A DNA stretch of 64,000 nt from a virus (taxonomy: Duplodnaviria > Caudoviricetes): IMG/VR virus record IMGVR_UViG_3300020047_006434, positions 21,414 through 85,413 of that record, one strand, 5' to 3'. Under the pieces are notes generated by a model that was not told the origin of the DNA, did no database searches, and saw only the letters and a program-made list of their open reading frames with translations. Position numbers and translations under genes: made by a program. How positions within the stretch are numbered: the stretch's first letter is position 1; each line of letters begins with the position of its first letter. Below are positions 9,063 to 18,802 of the stretch, one piece after another.

Positions 9063-10435
9063 ATGGTGAGCCTCCGCGGCCGGTAGTAGGCGCGAATCGA
9101 AAAGGTGTTCGTGATGACCGACGACGACCCTTCATCGTGCAGGATGATGATCTTCTGGACACGGTTCGGGAATACCGTCAGCGGTGAATCGTAGACGGTA
9201 TAGATAGGGTAATCGACACCGCTTTCTTGCAACACTGTGTAACCTTCTGTACCATCGTCAATGATGTAACTATTGTTGCCGGCACTGTAGCCAAGTTGAT
9301 ACAACCTGCGAAACGAATCAGTCGGTGTAAGTTGAAAATAGTCAATGCTTACTGACGGTGTTCCCGTCGTGCGCAATTTAAGCACCAGGCGAGCGGCGCC
9401 GAAGTTCGTGGCGTATCCACCAGGCGGGATAGCCAACACACCAAGATCAACAATAGCGTTTGCGCTTGCGGTAATCTTTACCTCGTCGCCGGTGGCTAAC
9501 GGAATCAACCCGTCTTTGTCGTAGATGCAAGGGGTAACATAGACGGTAGACGCTGGTGCAGTCACCAGCCGCATAAGGATGCGAAAATCACGCCCCATCG
9601 TGTCCTGTAACTGTGTCGATGAAATATTCCAGTGCATTTCATTTGTGCCAACTGACAGCGTTCTGGCCACATATGACCCACCGCTACATGTTGACAGACT
9701 TGTCGAGGTACCGTAACCGCTGACCACCGATTCGCCTTCGATGATGTGTGTGAAATTCGCCGGATCACTGTACGCATTGACCGCCATGTAAATATTGCGA
9801 TAGTCCTGCGCACTGCCGGTGGTATTCTGTAGCGTGAGTTTTAGCGGTGCCGGAATTGCGCCGCCCACTTGCGCCGCTGCAATCTGCACCCAGTTGTCAT
9901 TGCCGGCGTCACTATCATCGTGATTGTAGATAGTCTTACCACCAGTGGCCGCACTTGAGTTTGACGTGGACAACTGCAACTCGGTCAGCGCACCTTCCCA
10001 AAAATAGCGCCGAGTGACAGATAGCCGTGCCGGGAATTGATAGTTACCCCAAATTGACAGCGCATCCTCACCCGGCTCAAAACGCCCGTACAGGATCTCG
10101 CTGCGATAGGTATTTGATTCGCCGTCAACCTGCAACTGGAGGTAAACCCGTGGCCCCGTGCGGTATTTCTGCCGTTGCTTGGCATAGTCAATAAGGCGCT
10201 CGATACCGTTGACGACCGCCTGTAATGCCGACGTGTTGGCGGCGTAGGGCAGCAACTCTATAGTCTCGGTAACGTTCTCGTAAATGGGATCGGTCACATC
10301 ATCGCCATCGAAGCCACGCGCTGAACCCGTCCGCACTGATGGCGGTTGCGGACTGTACTGCGTCAGGAAGACGCCACTGCCACTCGATAAACTCACGGTT
10401 GTTGTGCCGTCGGTGATTGAAAGACTATGAGCCAC
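9059..10435 (-). CDS. Distal tail protein (Dit-like), 458 aa
   Basis: Directly downstream of tape measure; C-terminal IRAYYRPRRLTI ending typical of the position. Confidence 0.65.
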   Translation of the reverse strand: MAHSLSITDGTTTVSLSSGSGVFLTQYSPQPPSVRTGSARGFDGDDVTDPIYENVTETIELLPYAANTSALQAVVNGIERLIDYAKQRQKYRTGPRVYLQLQVDGESNTYRSEILYGRFEPGEDALSIWGNYQFPARLSVTRRYFWEGALTELQLSTSNSSAATGGKTIYNHDDSDAGNDNWVQIAAAQVGGAIPAPLKLTLQNTTGSAQDYRNIYMAVNAYSDPANFTHIIEGESVVSGYGTSTSLSTCSGGSYVARTLSVGTNEMHWNISSTQLQDTMGRDFRILMRLVTAPASTVYVTPCIYDKDGLIPLATGDEVKITASANAIVDLGVLAIPPGGYATNFGAARLVLKLRTTGTPSVSIDYFQLTPTDSFRRLYQLGYSAGNNSYIIDDGTEGYTVLQESGVDYPIYTVYDSPLTVFPNRVQKIIILHDEGSSSVITNTFSIRAYYRPRRLTI

Positions 10436-10541
10436 TAGCCACCATCCGAATCATTACAAATTGTAACCACCAACCCAAGGTGGCAATCGTCGCACCTGAT
10501 ACCAGCCCGATAACGAGTGCCCATCGTTCACGATCTGTCAT
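10425..10541 (-). CDS. 38-aa single-TM micropeptide MTDRERWALVIGLVSGATIATLGWWLQFVMIRMVASGS (not in ORF track)
   Basis: ATG overlaps tape-measure TGA; fills the intergenic gap and overlaps the next start. Confidence 0.5.
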   Translation of the reverse strand: MTDRERWALVIGLVSGATIATLGWWLQFVMIRMVASGS

Positions 10542-13522
10542 CTTCGCCGCCTAATCACATCAGCAACCCGATACGCCATTGTTTCAACGTCGATCTGATT
10601 GTCTACAGTAGCGTAAACATTCACGTTGAAAGTGTTGCCACCAGCGCCCGCCATCGCCATGCTTTCAGCGTTGGAATAGATGCGGCTGCGTGCCGGCAGG
10701 CTGACCAGTTCCGGGCCTGTCTCACCTACCCAGGTTATACCACCACGCCAATTAGAGTCGCCAATAGCGCGATGCGTCCAGGAGAACGGGTTATACCATG
10801 CGCTGTCGCTTTGTGCTGGCGGCGCTGTTTGTGTCGGTGGCGCTGTTTGTGCGGCCCCACCACCCGATCCAAAGAGACCTTGGGCCAGTGCGGCCCAGCC
10901 AGGGAAAGACGGCAACGATGGCCAGTCGAATCGTGGAATAAACGCCGACCAGCTAAACGACGGGATCAACGCCGACCAGTTGATCATACTGATGAACGAC
11001 GGCCAATTGACGTTGGCAATGAACGAATTCCAGGTTACAGCGGCGATGAACTGCCCCCAGTCGCCTAGGGCGTCAATGTAATCACTCCAGGGTAGGGTGA
11101 TTACATAGGTTGACCAGTCGCCCAGTGCCGTAACAAATGACTCCCATGTAAGCGTGGTTGCTACGGTTGACCAGTCCAATTGGCTGATGTAACTTGTCCA
11201 GGCAAAATAACTAATAAACGCAGTCCAGTCAAGCGCCAAAACAAACGCATTCCAGGGTAGCGCTATAATCCATGTGGCCCAATCAATCGATGTTGTGATG
11301 ATTGCCTTCCAGTCAAGCGCCTTGATATAAGCGCCCCAGTCGATTGCGGCGCCCATGACGCTATCCCATGACAAGGTTGGAATGTAGCTCGCCCAGTTGT
11401 CAAGCTTGGCAATAACGCCGGTCCACTCCAGCTTGGTAATGAAGCTGCCCCAGGCAAACGATGCGATATAATCGGCCCATGTAATCGCCTTGACAACATT
11501 ATCCCAGGTAAGCGCATTGACGAACGCTGACCAGTCAATGCCCTCGCCGGCCACAGTTGCCCAGTCCAGAACGCTAACGAACGCCGACCATGCAAAAGCG
11601 GTCACATAGACCGACCATTCTAGCGACGTGATAAGCGCCGTCCAGCTAAGCGCCGGGATCCATGTGGCCCAGTCGATTGCCGTAGTGATGATGCTTGTCC
11701 AGTCAAGCCCCTTGATGTAGACGCCCCAATCTACCATTTTGGCTACAACCATATCCCAGGCAAGTGGCGAAATGTACGCCGCCCAACTAAAGCCCTTGAC
11801 ATAGGCGCCCCAGTCAACCAAATGCGCCACAACCGTATCCCAAGCTAATGGAGCGATATAGGCTGCCCAGTCAATAGCGGTATTGACGTAGGCTGCCCAG
11901 TCCAGGGACGTAACATAGGTGCCCCAGTCGCCTAACGTAGTGACAATGGCATCCCATGCCAACGGCGCAACGTAGGCGGCCCACTCAAGCGCCGGAATGA
12001 TAGCGTTATCCCATGCAAGTTGTCCGATATAGGCGGCCCAGTCAACCACAGTTACGACAGCATCCCATGCCAGTGGAGCGATGTAGGTTGCCCAATCGAT
12101 TGTGGTGTTGACAATGTTTTCCCAGGTCAGCGAGTCGATAAAGTCCGACCATGAAAAGTTAGCAACGGCAACAGATACCGAATCCTTGATGGCCAGCCAG
12201 CCGTCAAAGACTTTTGTCTGGATCTGGTCAATAGCCACACCAGCACCAAAAAGATTCTCCGCGATGGCATCGCCGGTTTCCTGGCTAACAATGCCCAGGC
12301 TCACCAGCCCATCGGTGATGTCCCACCACCAATCAATGTTGTCGCCCTTGCCCTGCCACAACCAGCGCAGCGCAGCAAAGGTGTCGCTCGCCATCGTCTG
12401 TATCGTTGGCATGGCGGACATTACGCCACTGGCCAGATCCATGATGGCGGTACGAACGCCGCCAACGTCATAGTAAAGCGCAGCAGCAGCCCCGGCCGCA
12501 ATTGCGAACGGAACCGCAAGCCCAGCCAGCGCAGCGCCAACGGTGGCAATAACCGGCATGGCGGCGCCGATGGCTACAGCAGCCATGCCTAGCCCTGTTA
12601 CAATAGGACCAATGGCAGCGGCTACAGTGGCAAGAATTACACCCATCTTGAATAACTGCGGGTTGGTTTCTGCAAATGCCGTAATCTGCAAACGTAACTG
12701 CTCCAGGTATGAGATCCCACCACCAAGCAGTGCTTTCAGGTTGAATGTTTCAATAATCTGATTGCCGATGACGGTCAGCGTTTGACCAATATTATCCTTG
12801 ACTGTGCTGAATAGACCCTGCACACTCTGCGACTGGGCAGCCATCAGCCCCGTAAATTTGCCGCCCTCGCTGGTCATGACGGCGAAAGCCTTTTTCATCT
12901 CCTCGGCGCCGATCTTGCCCTCGGCTGCCAGGTCGCGCACCTCTGAAGCGGATACGCCCATGACCTTGCCCAGCGCTTCAATGATCGGGATACCGCGCCC
13001 CGCAAACTGGTTAATGTCAACCGTCATCAGGCGCCCCGATGCACTCGCCGTGCCAAACAGATAGGCCAGATCCCCGATGGGCGCCCCAACGCCGGCCGCA
13101 ACGTCGCCTAGTTGTTTCAGCGTTGGCTCAATATCTTTCGCCTCGATACCAAACGCCAACAATTGCCGGCCGGCCGCCACAACCTCCGGCAATTCAAACG
13201 GCGTTGCGGCGCTAAACTTTGCCAAATCAGCCAACAACGCCTTTGCAGCGTCGGCGCTGCCCAGCATGGTGGTGAATGCAATGTCTAACTGTTCCATGTC
13301 ACCGGCGCTTTTAATGGCTGACATAGCCAGCCCAGCAATAGGCGCCGTTACCCCAGCCGTCAAGCCGGCGCCTACAAATGTCATGGTTTTCCCCATGCTC
13401 TGCATTCCGGCGCTGACAGACTGTGCTTGCTTGCCCAAGCTCGCAATGTCGCCGCCGATGCCCTTTAGCACGGCGCTTGCTTGGTTCTGCGCAACGACAA
13501 CTAATTCTACTTTTCCCGCCAT
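10538..13522 (-). CDS. Tape measure protein (994 aa) with Trp-rich periodic region
   Basis: N-terminal tape-measure domain FTTMLGSADAAKALL...TPFELPEV...; RAIGDSNWRGGITWVGETGPELV C-terminal motif; follows tail chaperones. Confidence 0.92.
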   Translation of the reverse strand: MAGKVELVVVAQNQASAVLKGIGGDIASLGKQAQSVSAGMQSMGKTMTFVGAGLTAGVTAPIAGLAMSAIKSAGDMEQLDIAFTTMLGSADAAKALLADLAKFSAATPFELPEVVAAGRQLLAFGIEAKDIEPTLKQLGDVAAGVGAPIGDLAYLFGTASASGRLMTVDINQFAGRGIPIIEALGKVMGVSASEVRDLAAEGKIGAEEMKKAFAVMTSEGGKFTGLMAAQSQSVQGLFSTVKDNIGQTLTVIGNQIIETFNLKALLGGGISYLEQLRLQITAFAETNPQLFKMGVILATVAAAIGPIVTGLGMAAVAIGAAMPVIATVGAALAGLAVPFAIAAGAAAALYYDVGGVRTAIMDLASGVMSAMPTIQTMASDTFAALRWLWQGKGDNIDWWWDITDGLVSLGIVSQETGDAIAENLFGAGVAIDQIQTKVFDGWLAIKDSVSVAVANFSWSDFIDSLTWENIVNTTIDWATYIAPLAWDAVVTVVDWAAYIGQLAWDNAIIPALEWAAYVAPLAWDAIVTTLGDWGTYVTSLDWAAYVNTAIDWAAYIAPLAWDTVVAHLVDWGAYVKGFSWAAYISPLAWDMVVAKMVDWGVYIKGLDWTSIITTAIDWATWIPALSWTALITSLEWSVYVTAFAWSAFVSVLDWATVAGEGIDWSAFVNALTWDNVVKAITWADYIASFAWGSFITKLEWTGVIAKLDNWASYIPTLSWDSVMGAAIDWGAYIKALDWKAIITTSIDWATWIIALPWNAFVLALDWTAFISYFAWTSYISQLDWSTVATTLTWESFVTALGDWSTYVITLPWSDYIDALGDWGQFIAAVTWNSFIANVNWPSFISMINWSALIPSFSWSAFIPRFDWPSLPSFPGWAALAQGLFGSGGGAAQTAPPTQTAPPAQSDSAWYNPFSWTHRAIGDSNWRGGITWVGETGPELVSLPARSRIYSNAESMAMAGAGGNTFNVNVYATVDNQIDVETMAYRVADVIRRRR

Positions 13523-13740
13523 TACTTTTTGCCTTTGCTCTGACGTTGCGCCTGCATCTTCATGCGCTTGGATTCCGCTTTGTTTTGCGCATTCATCCGC
13601 ACAATAATCTCATCAACCATGTCAGCCGGTGTGTCGAGAAGCGCCGCATAGGTCCAGCCCATTTCCTGACACACGCTGATCTCGATTGCATACCGACCGC
13701 CAATCGGGGATGGAACGCCATCGACTATCGTGCGCTCCAT
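13522..13740 (-). CDS. Tail assembly chaperone, second (frameshift) ORF
   Basis: ICQEMGWTYAALLDTPADMVDEI motif; lies in the -1 frame of the upstream chaperone. Confidence 0.75.
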   Translation of the reverse strand: MERTIVDGVPSPIGGRYAIEISVCQEMGWTYAALLDTPADMVDEIIVRMNAQNKAESKRMKMQAQRQSKGKK

Positions 13741-13748
13741 GCCCCGCT

Positions 13749-14075
13749 CTATGCTTTTTTTTCGTCATCACTCAGCGTGTTGAACTCGTCAATCGCGGTC
13801 AACAGTTGGTCGGCAATCTCCACGGGCAGGCGCTCGATGTTCTCGTCAGTCACGCCGAACCCGTCGAAGTCCGGGCCGGCCCATGACACGATGTTCAGCC
13901 GCAGTTGGTCGAACCGCATCATGGCGTGGTCGATGGACATCTCTTGCGTCCGGGCGTCAAGCTTCGTGTGCTTGGCAAGAATCTTCTGCCGTGTGCCGAA
14001 CGTGACCTTGCGCACGGTGACCACATTACCTGCGCCCACATCCACAGCCTTGGTTTGCTCAGTAAGAAAACTCAT
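13749..14075 (-). CDS. Tail assembly chaperone (lambda gpG-like position)
   Basis: Between tail tube and tape measure; ends at an A8 slippery run (GAA AAA AAA GCA TAG). Confidence 0.8.
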   Translation of the reverse strand: MSFLTEQTKAVDVGAGNVVTVRKVTFGTRQKILAKHTKLDARTQEMSIDHAMMRFDQLRLNIVSWAGPDFDGFGVTDENIERLPVEIADQLLTAIDEFNTLSDDEKKA

Positions 14076-14078
14076 AGA

Positions 14079-15083
14079 TTAATGGCCCCCGCTACCCAGC
14101 GCCGCAACGCTGTTGATCATGGTGAATGTTAGCGCCAGCGAATCGGCGGAGGACGCAACGCCATGCCCTTCAAATGTTACGGTCGTATTGCCGTTGCTGT
14201 TTTCGTAGTCGCTGATACTGTCGTACTTTGCTGCCAGGTCAATCTGGAATTGCAGGCTGGCCGATGGCGAAGTCTTCAGCCGAATCAGGCGCGTACCATT
14301 CGCCCGATAAATAACGCGCTCTGCCGCCACAATCGAGGCGTCTTCCAGTTCCATCGTGATACTGAAGGTGATTTCCGGTTGTGTCCATTTGTGTGATGTG
14401 GCGTAAAGCTGGCCATCACCAACGGGCACCTGCATTAGCCCCGTCTTGACCTTGATGTTGGCTGCCGTCAACACACCGCTTTTCTGCGTGGTGCCGATGG
14501 TGCCACCACTGGCATCAATGTACAGCAGACAGTAGTTGAACAGCGCTTCATTAACGGTAGGCGCCGACAGCGAACCGGTAAAACTGGTCTGCGTCATCTG
14601 GCGCGCTAGCCAGTTTGATTGCATGGTCCAGGCTTCACCGAATGCGCCAGAAAACTCGAAGTCTTCCACGAACGCATATTCAGCCTCGTACACATCACTG
14701 CTGACGGTGGCTGACCCAGCTTCGATGGTGTACGTCTTGATCGTGTTGACCGACGTACCGCTGTATGGGTAGTTGTACACGCGTGTGTACGGCCCCGTAC
14801 CGCTAGGCGTAGCAGTCTTAACACCGGCCTCTAGGATGTGGCAGACTTGTTCGTAGGTAAGGGGCGCGCTAGGTTGTGACCACTTCGCGGCGATCTTGCT
14901 GTCGTAGCTTCTTTCAGCGGAAACAAAATTTCCAATTTGCTCTTCAACTATAGTCCGCTCTCTTCCGTCCTCAATCATCGAGAAGGGGCCTCTCCACACA
15001 GATGTTGCCGCGGTAGCTGTGCCGGCACTTGCCTCTCTGCCGATCTGGACTTTCGTGTTACTAAAAGGCGAATATGTAGGCAT
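14079..15083 (-). CDS. Major tail tube protein
   Basis: AGGAGG RBS at 15092-15097; VQIGREASAGT N-terminus; position before chaperones. Confidence 0.8.
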   Translation of the reverse strand: MPTYSPFSNTKVQIGREASAGTATAATSVWRGPFSMIEDGRERTIVEEQIGNFVSAERSYDSKIAAKWSQPSAPLTYEQVCHILEAGVKTATPSGTGPYTRVYNYPYSGTSVNTIKTYTIEAGSATVSSDVYEAEYAFVEDFEFSGAFGEAWTMQSNWLARQMTQTSFTGSLSAPTVNEALFNYCLLYIDASGGTIGTTQKSGVLTAANIKVKTGLMQVPVGDGQLYATSHKWTQPEITFSITMELEDASIVAAERVIYRANGTRLIRLKTSPSASLQFQIDLAAKYDSISDYENSNGNTTVTFEGHGVASSADSLALTFTMINSVAALGSGGH

Positions 15084-15097
15084 TACCAAAACCTCCT

Positions 15098-15140
15098 AAA
15101 AAAAATGGCGTATAGGCATGGTTTCCCACACCTATACGCC
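15098..15140 (-). terminator. Intrinsic terminator-like hairpin directly upstream of tail tube RBS
   Basis: 10-bp perfect stem GGCGTATAGG/CCTATACGCC followed by U8 on the - strand. Confidence 0.7.
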
Positions 15141-15173
15141 GATGGCCCACCTGGGCGGTTAGACGTAAACTTA

Positions 15174-15202
15174 TTGACTTTTTACTAAAAATCTGCTATA
15201 CT
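15174..15202 (+). promoter_or_regulatory. sigma70 promoter for the antisense HNH gene
   Basis: TTGACT-17 bp-TATACT. Confidence 0.7.
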
Positions 15203-15331
15203 ACAGATGTTCAGAACGCTTCATACTTGGTCATTCGGGCGGGATTATGCTATAGTTATCCCGGCCTCTTGTTGCCATTGGAGCGTTCTGAACACTCGCC
15301 CAATTGACTGTGCGACAGGAGGCTTTCTTTT

Positions 15332-16219
15332 ATGCAGCACACTTGCCAACTTTGTGAAACGACATTCGATTCCCCGCATCGTAAAGCGAAATTTTGCTCC
15401 AAGGAATGCACCCGTAAGCATCGATCTATTGTTCAGACGGCGGATCGGAATTGCGAGTTGTGCGGCAAAGAACTTGTTACCCCAGGTCAGAAGAAACTCG
15501 GCTATTGTTCCATAGAATGCAGAGATAGCGACCCAAAACGTGTTGTGATTGGCGATGAAGTACACACCACTTGCGCCCACTGTGGCAACGCGTTCACTCA
15601 CGCCAAGTGGCGCAATCTCAAGTTTTGCTCCAAGGAATGCGCAGACACGTCCCGCAAGACAATAACCACAGTTCACGCCACATGCCAACAGTGTGGCAAG
15701 GAATTCGCCCACCGTAGTCATGTCACCAGAAAGTTTTGTTCCAACGCGTGTTGGTACAAATTCGGTGTTGGCGAAAACAACCCATGCTACAATAGCGTTG
15801 ATATCCAGTGCGATCAATGCGGCAAGCTTATGAAGCGCGAACCAAATCACGCCAATCGGGTAGATCATAATTTCTGCTGTACGCGCTGCCGGTCTGACTG
15901 GCACTCTGCAAACATTCGTGGCGAAATTCATCCGCTCTGGAAAGGTGGCGCTGATAGCAACCGCGGTCCCAACTGGTTGGCACAGCGTCGCAAGGCGTGG
16001 AAGCGTGACGACTACACATGCCAACACTGCGGCACAACAAAAGTGCAGTTGGGTAGAAATCCAGCCGTTCACCACATCATTCCATTTCGTGAGTTTGGAG
16101 TAGAGCGCTACAAGGATGCCAACGAATTGACTAACCTGATAACACTTTGCCCCACTTGCCACATGCGCGCTGAGCATAACCTAATCCCTATTCAGCCTTA
16201 TCTTCTGTCAATTCCGTGA
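15332..16219 (+). CDS. HNH endonuclease with multiple CxxC...FCS..C zinc-finger repeats
   Basis: YTCQHCG...VHHIIPF...NLITLCPTCH; AGGAGG RBS; opposite strand to tail operon. Confidence 0.85.
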   Translation: MQHTCQLCETTFDSPHRKAKFCSKECTRKHRSIVQTADRNCELCGKELVTPGQKKLGYCSIECRDSDPKRVVIGDEVHTTCAHCGNAFTHAKWRNLKFCSKECADTSRKTITTVHATCQQCGKEFAHRSHVTRKFCSNACWYKFGVGENNPCYNSVDIQCDQCGKLMKREPNHANRVDHNFCCTRCRSDWHSANIRGEIHPLWKGGADSNRGPNWLAQRRKAWKRDDYTCQHCGTTKVQLGRNPAVHHIIPFREFGVERYKDANELTNLITLCPTCHMRAEHNLIPIQPYLLSIP

Positions 16220-16451
16220 CTACATTCACCGGCTGCTTCGCCGCTTTCTTCGCCACTGGCGCCGGTTCGACGTGCTCGAAACAGGTGCCCGGTGCGTTGA
16301 CGATGTTCAGCTCAATCGCCGCTTTCAATTCTGGCGACTGCATCACTTCCCACTCGGCAATGTCGCGTGCGGGCACGGGCACGTCAGCCACCACGAAAGC
16401 GCCGTTACCGATGTATTTATAGGCTATATCTGTGTTCATGTTATAATTCAC
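16188..16451 (-). CDS. Hypothetical protein in head-tail region
   Basis: YKYIGNGAFV...VPARD motif typical of small virion-region proteins. Confidence 0.55.
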   Translation of the reverse strand: MNYNMNTDIAYKYIGNGAFVVADVPVPARDIAEWEVMQSPELKAAIELNIVNAPGTCFEHVEPAPVAKKAAKQPVNVVTELTEDKAE

Positions 16452-16466
16452 CTAGAAAGGACTACT

Positions 16467-16763
16467 ATGAAAATCAACTTACAGATTGAAGTCGATAAAG
16501 CTACAGATGCAAGCAGCCTGATTGCACTTGCGCAACTGCTGAAAGGCGGCAAAGGTGACTATACCTTTGTCTTTGACGAAGCCATGCCAGCACTAGCCAA
16601 CGTCTTACTGTGCATTAACACCATACTATTGAACACCGATGATCTAAAGTCCCGCATTGAATTGCAGAAAGAAATTGGTGATCCCATGTTGCTGCACCGT
16701 GTACAACAAATGGCTGAAAGCCTAATCGCCCACATCAAGCCACATCTCTCCTCACCAACTTAG
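16467..16763 (+). CDS. Hypothetical 98-aa protein antisense to late operon (start refined)
   Basis: GAAAGGA RBS and extended -10 TGTTATAAT at 16439-16447. Confidence 0.6.
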   Translation: MKINLQIEVDKATDASSLIALAQLLKGGKGDYTFVFDEAMPALANVLLCINTILLNTDDLKSRIELQKEIGDPMLLHRVQQMAESLIAHIKPHLSSPT

Positions 16764-17385
16764 GCGCATCCACGTCAGGCCACAGCACTACGCTGCCGTC
16801 AATGTGGCCGCACACGACACCGCAATGATGCACCTGTGGCACACCGTAGGCGATACAGTCCAGTGCAAACGTCCAGTCATCTGCTACGACGCCCAGTGGG
16901 TCATTGCGAAAGGCTAGCGTCTCCAGCACATCCCGCCGAATCAGTGTACAGCCCATACCAGCGCCCTGTGTGATCACCACGTTACCGAACCACTGCGCCG
17001 CTAACTCTGGCTGCTCGTCAACAAACTCCACTTCATAGCCTGACAGTCGTGTGAACGCTAGCCAGTGGTAAGGCGCATACCGCATCACGTACAGCCCATA
17101 GGCAACAGGCACATCTAGCGCCACCAGTTTCGACAGCGCATCGGGCGGGATGATCATGTCTGCTTCCACCAGAAACAGCGCATCATAGCCCCCATCTAGC
17201 ACCAGGCGACGCGCTTCGTTGTGCTTGTCAACGATGTCGGCGTACTTGCCCATACGGTTGGGCCGGTCATTGCGGCCATAGACGATAGGCATTGTCGGCC
17301 ACACTAGATTGTCGATGCTGGCAGCGGTGAGAGGGTGCAGACGTGGCTGTGTTGGGTTGAGCGGCACATGGGTCAGGATGCGCAT
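16735..17385 (-). CDS. Glycosyltransferase, GT-A fold (GT2-like)
   Basis: DALFLVEADMIIPPDAL (ExD variant of DxD), GAGMGCTLIRRDVL, DDWTFALD, CGHI. Confidence 0.8.
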   Translation of the reverse strand: MRILTHVPLNPTQPRLHPLTAASIDNLVWPTMPIVYGRNDRPNRMGKYADIVDKHNEARRLVLDGGYDALFLVEADMIIPPDALSKLVALDVPVAYGLYVMRYAPYHWLAFTRLSGYEVEFVDEQPELAAQWFGNVVITQGAGMGCTLIRRDVLETLAFRNDPLGVVADDWTFALDCIAYGVPQVHHCGVVCGHIDGSVVLWPDVDAPKLVRRDVA

Positions 17386-17517
17386 CGTTCGTCAATCGCC
17401 TGCAACGCCTTGGTTAGCCATGCCAGTACTGCTTTGCTCGGCGGAAATAGTAACTGTTCAACTATTGACATCCATGCATTGCTTAAGTCTGAACATGCTT
17501 CCGATAACGTCGCCTGC

Positions 17518-18006
17518 TTATTGTCCATGCTTAAAAGCCACCCCACTAATGTCTGTGTCGTTGTACATGCGAATGTCGTAGCTTTCCAATTTGCCGGTTA
17601 TGTCAAACAGGTATGACATCCCATCGGGCAAAATTCTATAGCAATCTATCGGATAACGGTGGTACTCCCAGCGGGTATGTGTGATAATCGCTAGCATCCC
17701 GCCAGGGCGCAACACTCGCACCAACTCAGGCACCCATAGCCAGATTGCCTGCACATGCTCCATCGTGCTACCGCTGATCACAATGTCGAATGAATCGTCA
17801 TCGAACGGGAAGCGGTACGGGTCAGGCGACACCATGTCAACGTTTGGGCCGGCGCAAAGGTCGAGTCCTGTATACTGCCATCCCCGTCGCTGAACCATCG
17901 GTCGGTAGGTGCCATTTACGTCCAGGCTGCCCACGTCTAGCAATCGTGCGTGACCTTGCCAGCGGTCGAGAATGCGGGTCATCTCTGACAGGCTTGCGTC
18001 ATGCAT
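17518..18006 (-). CDS. Class I SAM-dependent methyltransferase (small-molecule/glycan type)
   Basis: LLDVGSLDVNG motif I, YTGLDL, PFDDDSFDIVISGSTMEHV, VRVLRPGGML. Confidence 0.88.
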   Translation of the reverse strand: MHDASLSEMTRILDRWQGHARLLDVGSLDVNGTYRPMVQRRGWQYTGLDLCAGPNVDMVSPDPYRFPFDDDSFDIVISGSTMEHVQAIWLWVPELVRVLRPGGMLAIITHTRWEYHRYPIDCYRILPDGMSYLFDITGKLESYDIRMYNDTDISGVAFKHGQ

Positions 18007-18011
18007 TAGCG

Positions 18012-18380
18012 CTATTCGTCCTCGTCGGGCACTTCGCCCAACTCTTGCAGGATGACATGGGCATCATCGGGATTCGCCTGCGCCAAGATGATTGCCTTAA
18101 CCTTGGCGCTTACCTCATCTTTGGCGATGAATGCTGGCGTCTCAAAGTACACAGCGCCCCTGACGATAACATAGGCTTTATATAGACACTTCACTGGTTT
18201 GCTTTCCTCCTGCATGTCTCGGTATGGCGCTGTGCCACTAGTGATCAGGACCGTGCCCGAACTACTCCATGCGGAGCTGTATGGACTACAGCTCGCGCTA
18301 GATAGCACGCTAGATCCTGAAATAGTTAACGATCCAGGCGCAGATAGCACGCCCTGGTCTGTATTTTTTTGTGGATACAT
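18012..18380 (-). CDS. Hypothetical protein with Ser-rich N-terminal half (start uncertain)
   Basis: ATG at 18380 just after stop of 18383-18802. Confidence 0.45.
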   Translation of the reverse strand: MYPQKNTDQGVLSAPGSLTISGSSVLSSASCSPYSSAWSSSGTVLITSGTAPYRDMQEESKPVKCLYKAYVIVRGAVYFETPAFIAKDEVSAKVKAIILAQANPDDAHVILQELGEVPDEDE

Positions 18381-18382
18381 CA

Positions 18383-18802
18383 CTATGATTCGTTCACCTT
18401 TACCGTAATCGTAAACCGCACGCCAAAACACAACTGCTGATTGTACTGTAGTGGCAGCGTCTGGTAACGCAACCCCACGCCGCCGGTCGTATCCCACACC
18501 ACATGGCTGACAGCGCCGCCCAATGTCTGGTCCGCCTTCAACGCCGCAAAGGCACGGTCAGGCCACGGCTTGGCAGCGTCAACCACTTCGGGCAAATACT
18601 GACGCGCCAGGTATACTTCGGCCACCAGGGTATGCAACGAATAGCCACCGGACGCCGTGTAATACATCACGCCGTCTTTGCTGTAAACAATCAGTGACGG
18701 GAATTCGTTGATAGACTCAGGCGGATCAGGATAGGTGCGCACCAAGCCCGTCATGGTGGCTAGTCGTGTGCGTAGACCGTCAATGGCAGTGCTAAGGCTC
18801 AT
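18383..18802 (-). CDS. Tail terminator / tail completion protein
   Basis: LKADQTLGGAV motif and position after head-tail adaptor. Confidence 0.7.
   Translation of the reverse strand: MSLSTAIDGLRTRLATMTGLVRTYPDPPESINEFPSLIVYSKDGVMYYTASGGYSLHTLVAEVYLARQYLPEVVDAAKPWPDRAFAALKADQTLGGAVSHVVWDTTGGVGLRYQTLPLQYNQQLCFGVRFTITVKVNES

Noticed and set aside
10517-14082. Many + strand ORFs opposite tape measure and chaperone genes (e.g. 10517-11068, 13077-13607, 13423-14082)
   Set aside because: Typical stop-poor antisense frames of GC-rich genes; low-complexity translations, no RBS
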